Shown here: one piece after another, positions 55,975 through 64,000 of the stretch
Position numbering within the stretch: the first letter of the stretch is position 1
Layout: the number at the start of each line of letters is the position of its first letter
Assembly (NCBI GenBank): GCA_965263065.1
Contig: CBDHGH010000003.1
Coordinates: forward strand, 1,564,537-1,628,536
Reading direction: 5' to 3'
From: Dehalococcoidia bacterium
GTDB taxonomy: Bacteria; Chloroflexota; Dehalococcoidia; Bin125
Length of the DNA: 64,000 bases
Translations under genes and position numbers: made by a program
The notes under the pieces: generated by a model
The model's database searches: none
The model's input: the letters and a program-made list of their open reading frames with translations, nothing else
Told to the model about the DNA's origin: nothing

Positions 55975-57903
55975 TCAGACGGCGTTCCCGGCGAAGAAGC
56001 CGAGGGCGCGCATGTAGGCGTCCTTACCGACGCGCGCGCCCATGATGCGGCCCGCGAAGTCGTCGGCGGGCACGTGGATGCCGCCGTAGAGGCGGGAGAT
56101 GCCGGCCTCGTCGGCGGCGTCGAAGTAGGTCGCCCATTGCAGCGTCACGTCGACGGACGGTCCGCGGTCGAACTCCAGGTATCGGTATCGGCGGGCGGTG
56201 AACGTGCCCAGCCCGCCCGGGAAGAAGGCGCTATCGGTGAACGCCGCGAGCACCTCGGCCGCCGCCCGGCTGAACGTGCTGTGCCCCGACGGATAGGCGG
56301 CGAAGGCCGGCGTGACGAACGTCGCGGCCTGATAGGGCATCCACGTCTCGGCGCGGATCCAGGCCACCCCGCCCGTCTCCGCCGACCAGGCCCGCACCGC
56401 GATCTCCCCCTCGCGGCCGGCCAGGTGTGCATGGCGGCCGCCCGGCCCGGTGGTCTCGTCGGTGATCAGTTCCACGAGGCCCGGCTGTAGCGTCAGCCCC
56501 TGCGGATCGAACGAGGGGGCGCCCGGGTCCGACGACTGGCCGCGCTCGGCCATGTAGCGGATGATCGAGATGGGGCGGACGTAGTCGTAGACGGCCTTGG
56601 CGCCCCAGCAGGCGATGGCGGCGTCGTGGACGGCGCCGTTGAGCGCCAGGTAGAGCTTCACGTCCCATTCCAGGTCGTCGAGGACGGGGCCGGCGCCACC
56701 CAGCCGTTTCTCCAGCGCCGGATCCTCGGACACTTCGTTGGCCAGCACGTTCCAGTGCCCCGGCGGCGTCTCCGAGTCGGGGCCGTCGGCCCAGAACTCC
56801 GCGATCACGCGGCCGCAGTCGGCCAGGGGCATGACGTTGGGCGGGTAAGGCCGGCCGGTGACGGGATTCCTCGGGTAGCCCCGGTCCTCGTGCGTGCCCA
56901 GTGGGCGGTTGCCGCTGACCGACGGCGAGAGATCGATCGTGCGGCCGGATTGCGGCGTCAACTCGCTGCTCAGCGAAAGGACGGCCCGGACGCCGGCCCG
57001 GAAGGCGGCGTCGCCTTCGCCGCCGAGCTGCGGCGGCGGCCCGGGATCGACGGCGCTCCAACTGACGCCGCTGCCCGGCGCCGGCCGCAGCGCGAAGGGC
57101 GTCACGCCGCCCCAGTGCGGCCCGACGAAGTCCTGCACCGATTCGCCCAGCTCGATCGCGTTCTGCGTGATGCGGGAGTCGAAGGCGAGCGGCTGCCAGC
57201 GGTTCGGGTCGACGAGCGGCACGACCAATTGGTCGGTCGCCGCGCGCTTGAAGGGCAGCGGCAAGTTGGCCGGCTCGTAGCCCGAGTTGTCGGCGTAGCG
57301 ATTCTGTTCGTTGGCGCCGTCCCCGAGCCCGTGCGCGATCACGGCCGCCGCGATGCGATTGCCCAGCGCGCGGGGGCTGTCGCCCGCCGTCTCCGTCAAC
57401 CTGGGGTCGTAGCCCAGCGATTCCATGCGACCGTCCAGCCCGGCGCGCGTCCAGACCGCTTCGTTGAAGCGCGAGCGCAGCAGCCGGTAGGCCGCGAAGC
57501 TGATCGCCTCGTCGCGGGCCGCCGCGATCTCCGTCGCCGACATGCCGCCGCTGGGCGCCTTCTCGCGCACGACGTAGCCCAGGGCCTGCGGGTCGTAGGC
57601 GGCCCAGGCGTCGTACATCGCCACGGAGAGATGGAAGAGATTGCGCGCGTGCACCGTGGGGGCGGGGAAGTCCCCCCGGATCGCGGCCAGCAACTCCTCG
57701 TTCCACTGGCGTGCCACCGTTTGGCGCGCGAGCGTCTGCGACGGCCCCGGCCCGGCCCGCGCGGCGGTGGGGTCGGGCTCGCGTCCGCAGCCGACGAGCG
57801 CCAGCCCCGCCGCGCCGATCCCCGCCCGGGCGGTCGCGCCCAGCATGGCGCGGCGCGAGATCCTGCGGCGGTGGAGGGTCGTCCAGCCCCTGGGCTCGCT
57901 CAT
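55975..57903 (-). CDS. Vanadium-dependent haloperoxidase, Tat-exported lipoprotein
   Basis: WGAK..YDYVRP, PAFAAYPSGHS and SRLYGGIH vanadate-site motifs; ISRRAML and ALVGC leader. Confidence 0.88.
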   Translation of the reverse strand: MSEPRGWTTLHRRRISRRAMLGATARAGIGAAGLALVGCGREPDPTAARAGPGPSQTLARQTVARQWNEELLAAIRGDFPAPTVHARNLFHLSVAMYDAWAAYDPQALGYVVREKAPSGGMSATEIAAARDEAISFAAYRLLRSRFNEAVWTRAGLDGRMESLGYDPRLTETAGDSPRALGNRIAAAVIAHGLGDGANEQNRYADNSGYEPANLPLPFKRAATDQLVVPLVDPNRWQPLAFDSRITQNAIELGESVQDFVGPHWGGVTPFALRPAPGSGVSWSAVDPGPPPQLGGEGDAAFRAGVRAVLSLSSELTPQSGRTIDLSPSVSGNRPLGTHEDRGYPRNPVTGRPYPPNVMPLADCGRVIAEFWADGPDSETPPGHWNVLANEVSEDPALEKRLGGAGPVLDDLEWDVKLYLALNGAVHDAAIACWGAKAVYDYVRPISIIRYMAERGQSSDPGAPSFDPQGLTLQPGLVELITDETTGPGGRHAHLAGREGEIAVRAWSAETGGVAWIRAETWMPYQAATFVTPAFAAYPSGHSTFSRAAAEVLAAFTDSAFFPGGLGTFTARRYRYLEFDRGPSVDVTLQWATYFDAADEAGISRLYGGIHVPADDFAGRIMGARVGKDAYMRALGFFAGNAV

Positions 57904-58027
57904 GATGCACCTGCCCCCACGCGAGGCCGTCGGGCGGGGTCGGCGGGCGCTCGCGGCGGCGAAGCTGGGGGAAGTAATGTCCCGCCCCGGCGGGGAAGTT
58001 GTCAAGGACGGGGCGGGACTGACTGAC

Positions 58028-58158
58028 TTGCGGAAATGCTCGATGTTGCGAGTATGTGCACATATGGTGAATTGCGCAACAAACGAGGGGGAATCTCCCG
58101 GAATTGCGGATAACTTGGGTTTTGCGCCGACGGGCAGATCATCTAATATGCGCAACAT
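58028..58158. promoter_or_regulatory. AT-rich divergent promoter region with palindromes (candidate AbiEi operator)
   Basis: tgttgcg (58044-58050) / cgcaaca (58075-58081) IR, perfect palindrome tatgtgcacata (58053-58064), several TTGCG/CGCAA copies. Confidence 0.5.
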
Positions 58159-59212
58159 GAGAGACGCGAATTCCTATAACTACGCGAGCGCGGCCATCGA
58201 GCAGGTCGTGGGCCTCCTGGCCGAGCTGTTTCAGTGTGACGTCGTGAGCGCCGAGCGAGCACTCCGCGAGGACGGGGGACACGACCGCGATGTGATGCTT
58301 CTGGCTGGGCGCGATCAGCTGGCGGTCGGGTGGAGTCGATCGGGGTCCGTCGGCGCGGTCACCGCGGCGTTGCGACGGCTCGATGAACTCAAGGATGCCC
58401 GCGGCGCGGATGCCGTCGCCATCGTCGCTGTCCCATACATGCCCCCCAGCGGCCGACGGCTCGCCCAGGAGCGGGCGTTCTCCTGGATCGACCTCTCCGG
58501 CAACGCCTCCATCCGAACCCCGCGCGTGTTCATTCACGTCGAGGGGAAACCGAATCAGTTCGTCCGCCGCGGGCGGCCCTCGACGCCGTTCGCCCCGAAG
58601 AGCTCACGGATCGCGCGCTGGTTCCTGATGAACCCGGAGGGCGAAGCGAATCAAGCGGCACTCGCCGCCGCGACCCGGCTGCACCCGGCGACCGTGAGCC
58701 GCGTGCTCCGGCGCCTGATCGATGACGGGCTCGTCTGGCGCGACGGGCGGAGGTACTCGGTGCGCGATGCGGGCCTCCTGCTGGACGCGTGGCGATCCGA
58801 GTACGACTTCGAGCGGCACGAGGTCCGGGCGGGCTACCTGCCGGCGCGCACGGGGCAGGCGGCGCTGGCGGACCTCGTCGCCGCATTCGACGCACACGAT
58901 GTCGAGTACGCCGCCACCGGATTGGCGGCCGCCTGGGCGCTCACCCAGTTCGCCTCCTTCCGGCTCAGCACGCTGTATCTTGCACGGGGTGTGCCGGCCG
59001 ACGTCCTCGACCGGGTCGGCTTCCAGCCGGGCGAGCGCGGCGCGAACGTGTGGCTGCTCACGCCCGCGGACGCCGGCGTCTTGGACGGCGCTCGCATGGT
59101 TGGCGGGGTGCGGCTCGTGCACCCGGTCCAGGTCTATCTTGACCTGGGCCGTCACCCGGAGCGGTCGGTGGAGGCCGCTCGCGAGGTCCGGCGCATGATC
59201 GACGAAGGGTAG
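58148..59212 (+). CDS. Type IV toxin-antitoxin AbiEi-family antitoxin / transcriptional regulator
   Basis: WIDLSGNA, MarR-like HTH (QAALA...TVSRVLRRL), LLDAW, YAATG, HPVQVYLDL; start at 58148 or 58157. Confidence 0.8.
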   Translation: MRNMRDANSYNYASAAIEQVVGLLAELFQCDVVSAERALREDGGHDRDVMLLAGRDQLAVGWSRSGSVGAVTAALRRLDELKDARGADAVAIVAVPYMPPSGRRLAQERAFSWIDLSGNASIRTPRVFIHVEGKPNQFVRRGRPSTPFAPKSSRIARWFLMNPEGEANQAALAAATRLHPATVSRVLRRLIDDGLVWRDGRRYSVRDAGLLLDAWRSEYDFERHEVRAGYLPARTGQAALADLVAAFDAHDVEYAATGLAAAWALTQFASFRLSTLYLARGVPADVLDRVGFQPGERGANVWLLTPADAGVLDGARMVGGVRLVHPVQVYLDLGRHPERSVEAAREVRRMIDEG

Positions 59213-59219
59213 CGGGGCG

Positions 59220-60071
59220 ATGGCAGGCACGCGCGACCAATACACGCCCGAGCTCACCGCGAAGGTGCGCCGCGCCTGCCAGCTCGTCGCCCTGCGGCTC
59301 GGCTATCTGATGGACGACCTGGTCGTGGTCGGTGGACTGGTGCCCACGCTGCTCACGCTCGGTGGCGAGATCCAACTGGACGACGAAGCGGAACGGCACG
59401 TCGGCACCACCGACCTGGACATCGGCCTGGCGCTCGGCGTCCTCGACGGCGACCGCTACACCGAGATCAGCCGGGCGCTCGAGGACGCGGGCTTCGCGCC
59501 GAACACCAACGCGAGAGACAACGTCACTCCACACACCTGGCGCGGCCCGCTTGGCGTGACCGTCGACTTCCTGATGGAGCCGACACCCGGCGACCAGCCG
59601 GGGCGCGTGAAGTGGCTGGAGGGGAATCGCTTCGGCGCGTTCGTGACGCCCGGCATCGCGCTCGCGTTTCAGGATCGCGCGGATGTCGAGATCACGGGCC
59701 CCGGTCCCGACGAGGCGCTGTCGACGCGCACGATCGGCGTGTGCGGGCCGGGAGCGTTCGTCGTTCTCAAGGCGCTCGCGTACGGCGGGCGGGCATCCGA
59801 CAAGGACGCCTACGACCTGCACTACGTGCTCGCGCACTTCGGCGCGGGGGTCGTCGACGTCGCGGAACGGCTGCGACCGCTCTCGGACAGCGATGCGGCG
59901 CGATCGGCGATCGGGATCCTGCGGCGGGATTTCTCGGACATCGACCACACTGGGCCGATGGCCGTCGCGCGCTTCCTGAACCGGGCCGACGACGACGACC
60001 TGAAGCGGGATGTGGCCGGCGCCGTGCACGCCCTCCTGGGCGCGCTCGCAGCGAGCGACGCCCCGGCGTAG
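59220..60071 (+). CDS. AbiEii-like nucleotidyltransferase toxin
   Basis: VVVGGLVP, GTTDLD, VVLKALA, KDAYDL; 7 nt after the antitoxin gene. Confidence 0.78.
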   Translation: MAGTRDQYTPELTAKVRRACQLVALRLGYLMDDLVVVGGLVPTLLTLGGEIQLDDEAERHVGTTDLDIGLALGVLDGDRYTEISRALEDAGFAPNTNARDNVTPHTWRGPLGVTVDFLMEPTPGDQPGRVKWLEGNRFGAFVTPGIALAFQDRADVEITGPGPDEALSTRTIGVCGPGAFVVLKALAYGGRASDKDAYDLHYVLAHFGAGVVDVAERLRPLSDSDAARSAIGILRRDFSDIDHTGPMAVARFLNRADDDDLKRDVAGAVHALLGALAASDAPA

Positions 60072-60101
60072 GGCAGGGTCCCAGCGACCTCGCGGCGGCG
60101 G

Positions 60102-61142
60102 CTACCCCGACGGGTTGATGTGCACCTTGATCGACTTGTGGGCCTTGTCGGCGGCGGTGGCGAAGGCGCGCGCGGCGTCGGCGAGCGGGAAGCGGTGCGT
60201 GATCAGGGACCGCGTCTCGTCCGGGTACTGCGCGACGACGTCCAGCGCCTCGGCGAAGTGCGGGCGACGACCGGGCGGTGCGCCGTAGACGACGGCCCCG
60301 GTGAGCTGAATCTCGTGCAGCAGCAGGTCGAAGGGGTTGATCGACACGCGCGGGGTGGTGAACACGCCCAGCATCGCGACGCGCCCCCGCGGGCGCACCG
60401 TGCGCATGGCGTCGGCCAGGGTGTCGGCCTTGCCGCCGACCGACTCGAAGACGACGTCGACCGCTTCCTGCTGGCGCAGCTCCTTGAGCCGCGGGAGGCC
60501 CGACTCATCTGCCGGGATGACCTCGTCGGCGCCGAGGCGGCGGGCGGCCTCGGCCTGATGGTCGTAGCGGGCGGTGATCAGCACCGTGGCGCCGGCGGCG
60601 CGCAGGGCGAGGACGCCGGTCAGGCCGATGTTGCCGGCGCCCAGCACGAGGACCGTCTCGCCGGGCCGGACGTCCACCAGGTCGATGGCGTTGACCGAGC
60701 AGGCCACCGGCTCGGCGAGCGCGGCGATCTCCGCGTCGACGCCCGGCGGGGCGGGGTAGGCGGTGTAGGCGGGGACCAGCATGAACTCGGCCATGCCGCC
60801 CGGATGACGCTCGCCCAGGATGGCGAAGGGCGCCCGGCGGCACTGCATGTACCAGCCGGCGCGGCAGCGGTCGCACTCCTGGCAGCGGACGATGGGCTCG
60901 ATGCCCACGACATCGCCCTCACGCAGGCCATCGACGCCGGGCCCGACGGCCGCCACGACGCCGCCGTTCTCATGCCCCGGGCGGCCGCTGGGGGCGGGGT
61001 CGGTGTTGCGGTAGCGGTGCAGGTCGCTGCCGCAGATGCCGGCCGAGCGCATCGACAGGACGACCTCGCCGGGGCCCGGCGTGGGTGCGTCCTCCTCGAC
61101 GACTTCGAGGTCGGCGGCGGGGGTCCAGATGGCGGATCGCAT
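60102..61142 (-). CDS. Zinc-binding alcohol dehydrogenase (MDR family)
   Basis: GICGSDLH, GHE, CQECDRC...C, ALAEP, GAGNIG. Confidence 0.92.
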   Translation of the reverse strand: MRSAIWTPAADLEVVEEDAPTPGPGEVVLSMRSAGICGSDLHRYRNTDPAPSGRPGHENGGVVAAVGPGVDGLREGDVVGIEPIVRCQECDRCRAGWYMQCRRAPFAILGERHPGGMAEFMLVPAYTAYPAPPGVDAEIAALAEPVACSVNAIDLVDVRPGETVLVLGAGNIGLTGVLALRAAGATVLITARYDHQAEAARRLGADEVIPADESGLPRLKELRQQEAVDVVFESVGGKADTLADAMRTVRPRGRVAMLGVFTTPRVSINPFDLLLHEIQLTGAVVYGAPPGRRPHFAEALDVVAQYPDETRSLITHRFPLADAARAFATAADKAHKSIKVHINPSG

Positions 61143-61207
61143 GCGGGTCTCCTTGCGCGGCCGGGGCGGGGTCCGGCGCGGCCATAGGCTAGACCAGCGG
61201 GCGCGCG

Positions 61208-61276
61208 ACCTCACCCCCTAGCCCCCTCTCCATCTGAAGCGATGGAGAGGGGGGATCGGAGGGGAGGGGGTGAGGT
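61208..61276. repeat. REP/MITE-like nested palindromic element
   Basis: Outer IR acctcaccccct (61208-61219) / agggggtgaggt (61265-61276); inner IR ccccctctccatc (61222-61234) / gatggagaggggg (61241-61253). Confidence 0.7.
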
Positions 61277-61441
61277 TCCGGCCGCCCCCACCGACCCCGC
61301 CCCACGCAGACGCCCAAATTCGGGTCGATGGGGCCATCAAGGATTTTACACGCAGGTTACCTCATAATACGCCATACTCGGGGCGCTCACGCACCGAGCG
61401 GTCCCACAACGGGACAGCCGGGGACCAGAAGGGAACATGTG

Positions 61442-63712
61442 ATGAGCGACCGTAACTACTGGACCACCCTGCGACAGCGGAAGATCACACGCCGCACCAT
61501 GTTGGGAGCCAGCGCGAAGGCTGGGGTTGGAGCAGCCGGCCTCGCCTTGGTCGGCTGCGGCGACGACGACGATGACGCCGCGCCGGCCGCCGTCGACACG
61601 TCGGCGATCGACGCCGCGGCGGGCGACGCCGCGGCCGCGGCGGAGGCCGCGAGCGCCGCCGCCGATGCCGCGGGCCGCGCCGCCGAAGCCGCCGAGGCGG
61701 CCTCCGCCATGGCGGCCGAAGCCGCCAGCTCCGATGACGCCGCCCAGGCGGCCGCTGCCGCCCAAGCCGCCGCCGATGCCGCGGCCGACGCGGCCGACGC
61801 GGCCCGGGCCGCCGGCGACGCGGGCGCTGCGGCCGTCGCGCAGGCGGCCGCCGATGCCGCCTCTGCCGCCGCCGCCGCCGCCCGTGAGGCGGGCGCCGCC
61901 GACACCGCCGCGGCTGCCGCCGCCGCCCAGGCCGCAGCCGACGCCGCGGCTGCGGCTGCAGCCGCCGCCGGCGAGGCGTCCGCGGCCGCGGCCGAGACCG
62001 CCGCGGCCGCCGTCGCGGCTGCCGAAGAGGCCGCCGACGCGGCCCGCGAGGCCGCCGACGCGGCGACCATGGCCGCGGAGGAGGACGCGCCGTCCGCCGC
62101 CGCCGGCACCGTGGACCTCAATGCGACGCTGCGCCTGGGCGTCAACCGCGACGCCGGCGGGATGGACCCGCCGAAGGTCGGCAGCGTCGCCAACTACTTC
62201 CCCAAAGCCGCCCACTCCGACCAGGGGATGGAGAACGACCCCGAGACGTCGGACTTGGTGTCGCACCTGATCAACAGCTTCGAGACGCCGGACGAGACGA
62301 CCTACATCCTCAACATCACGCCCGGGATCGAGTTCCACGACCCGGCGTACGGGACCTACACGGCGCACGACACGCAGTTCACCTACCGGCGCGCGGGCGG
62401 CAGCGCCGAGTACCACCAGGGCGGCGAGACCACGGACCACCCCGGTGGCTGGTCGTCCGCACGCATGACCTACGGGCCGCCGGCCGCCTGGCAAAGCGAC
62501 GAGGTCATCGACGACCTCACCATGCGCATCGACGTGGGCCGCTCGTCCGCGTCGCTGCCGGGCTCGGTCTTCACCTTCACTATCTACCACCAGAGCAAGG
62601 CGTGGCTGGAGGAGGTCGGCGACGAGGAAGCCGACCGCACAGTCATGGCTACCGGGCCCTGGAAGTTCGTCAGCCACACCAATGACACCGACTTCGTCGG
62701 CGAGCGCTTCGAGAACTACTTCCGCTCGCGGCCGGGAGAGACCCCGCGCCAGCTCAACTACGAAGACGCACCGGGGCAATACTTGCCCTGGCCGAAGACG
62801 CTGCGGGGGATCATCCGGCCGGAGCCCATCTCGATGATCGCCGGTGTGGAGGCCGACGAGATCGATGTGGCGATGCAGATGGCCACCGACCTCGTGGAGC
62901 CGTTCGTGGACGACGAGGACTTCTGGGTGGGCTACAGCCAGGCGGGCACCGGTACGGCGCACATGCTGATGCCGAACCAGCACCTGGCCGAGTGGGACGG
63001 CGCTCCCAACCCGTTCCTCGACATCCGCGTGCGCGAGGCGGCCAACTACGCGATCGACCGCGAGGCCTACATCAACAGCCTGCTCTCCGGTGAGGAGACG
63101 GAGTTCTTCGGGATGCAACCGGGCGTGTTCGGCTACCCGTCGCAGGACGTCTGGGACTCGATGGCCCGGGGCTACGACCCGGAGAAGGCGAAGGCGCTGA
63201 TGGCCGAAGCCGGCTACCCGGACGGCTTCGACACCACGCTGCACCTGGTCACCGACTTCGTGCCGGTGATTCCGCTGCTGTCGCTGGTGATCCAGCAGAA
63301 TCTGGCGGAGGTCGGCATCCGCACCACGATCAAGGAGTACCCGAGCTCGGAGTACTTCGTGGAGATCCGCAAGTTCGAGCAGCCGGGCCTGTGGTGGTTC
63401 TTCGTGAACCCGATCTCGGAGCCGGAGCCGGTGCTCGGATCGACGGTCGCGCAGGGCGGCTACTACGCCGCGCCGCTGCCCGAGTCCCGCATCGGCGAGC
63501 TGTACCAGCAGCAGGAGGCGACGCTGAACCCGACGGCGCGCAACGAGGTCCTGGCGGAGCTCTACATCGAGGCGTACCAGCAGGCCCAGATGGTCTACCT
63601 GCACAACTCGATCGATGCGGCGCTCGGGCGCAAGAACATCGAGTGGCCCATCGGCCGCGTGCAGAGTTACAACGAGAGGTTCATGTACCGCGCACGGGTG
63701 CTCAACACCTAG
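61442..63712 (+). CDS. ABC transporter substrate-binding lipoprotein, family 5, with long Ala-rich linker
   Basis: ITRRTML and ALVGC leader; >150-aa Ala-rich segment; ATGPW, DIRVREAANYAIDR, YDPEKAKALMAEAGY. Confidence 0.9.
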   Translation: MSDRNYWTTLRQRKITRRTMLGASAKAGVGAAGLALVGCGDDDDDAAPAAVDTSAIDAAAGDAAAAAEAASAAADAAGRAAEAAEAASAMAAEAASSDDAAQAAAAAQAAADAAADAADAARAAGDAGAAAVAQAAADAASAAAAAAREAGAADTAAAAAAAQAAADAAAAAAAAAGEASAAAAETAAAAVAAAEEAADAAREAADAATMAAEEDAPSAAAGTVDLNATLRLGVNRDAGGMDPPKVGSVANYFPKAAHSDQGMENDPETSDLVSHLINSFETPDETTYILNITPGIEFHDPAYGTYTAHDTQFTYRRAGGSAEYHQGGETTDHPGGWSSARMTYGPPAAWQSDEVIDDLTMRIDVGRSSASLPGSVFTFTIYHQSKAWLEEVGDEEADRTVMATGPWKFVSHTNDTDFVGERFENYFRSRPGETPRQLNYEDAPGQYLPWPKTLRGIIRPEPISMIAGVEADEIDVAMQMATDLVEPFVDDEDFWVGYSQAGTGTAHMLMPNQHLAEWDGAPNPFLDIRVREAANYAIDREAYINSLLSGEETEFFGMQPGVFGYPSQDVWDSMARGYDPEKAKALMAEAGYPDGFDTTLHLVTDFVPVIPLLSLVIQQNLAEVGIRTTIKEYPSSEYFVEIRKFEQPGLWWFFVNPISEPEPVLGSTVAQGGYYAAPLPESRIGELYQQQEATLNPTARNEVLAELYIEAYQQAQMVYLHNSIDAALGRKNIEWPIGRVQSYNERFMYRARVLNT

Positions 63713-63934
63713 GCGCACGAGAGGGAAGAGGACGGCTTGCGCGGCCCGCGCGCGGAGCGCCTCGCGCGCCGCAGCGGTGCGCACGGGGCCTGGCCGGTGA
63801 TCGCCGGCCGGGCCCCGGCCGCTCCCCGGTCCGCGCGCCGCCAACGCTCCCGAGCGGACGCGCGCGTCAACCCCTAATATCCATGCTGCGCGCCGCAGAG
63901 CGGCCCGCGCGGAGCGGGATCACGGGGATGAGCG

Positions 63935-64000
63935 ATGCAGTTCTGGAACTTCCTGGTCATCCGGTTCATCCAGGCGCTCCTGGTCGTCTTCGTCGTCGTG
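63935..64000 (+). CDS. Start of an ABC permease (DppB-like), truncated by the window edge
   Basis: MQFWNFLVIRFIQALLVVFVVV directly after the SBP gene. Confidence 0.6.
   Translation, partial: MQFWNFLVIRFIQALLVVFVVV

Noticed and set aside
57641-58158. N-terminal extensions of the VHPO (to 58158) and AbiEi (from 57641) ORFs
   Set aside because: They would overlap head-to-head across the promoter region; the leader and domain boundaries indicate starts at 57903 and 58148/58157.
1-64000. tRNA/rRNA genes (including tRNA-Sec), integrases, IS elements, prophage
   Set aside because: None recognisable by eye; intergenic spaces are short and lack such signatures. tRNAscan-SE or Infernal would be needed to exclude small RNAs.

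Overview
Very GC-rich bacterial chromosome window. It is probably Chloroflexota of Dehalococcoidia/SAR202 type; this is inferred only from the 'YW..RRR.SRR..L.A.A.AG.GAAGLA..GC' Tat-lipoprotein leaders and the many enolase, SDR and ThDP paralogues. Most genes serve uptake and catabolism of small organics: three family-5 ABC solute-binding lipoproteins, permeases, three enolases, SDRs, Zn-ADHs, two ThDP enzymes, CoA enzymes and amidohydrolases. Also present are bfd-bfr, a Fic protein, VapBC and AbiE-type toxin-antitoxin modules, a flavin-dependent halogenase and a vanadium haloperoxidase. No rRNA, tRNA, CRISPR array, integrase or transposase was seen. Main highlights: (1) a hidden UGSC-motif selenoprotein (22698-23231, minus), split in two by the ORF track, with a SECIS-like hairpin, GrdB/PrdB-like features and a translationally coupled uncharacterised partner; (2) a vanadium haloperoxidase carrying the same Tat+lipobox leader as the ABC binding proteins; (3) three places where a short copy of a neighbouring gene's 3' end brackets a duplicated or inserted segment with no recombinase present, and in two of them one tandem paralogue is inactivated by a single lesion. 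All family calls come from motif recognition by eye; no searches were run.
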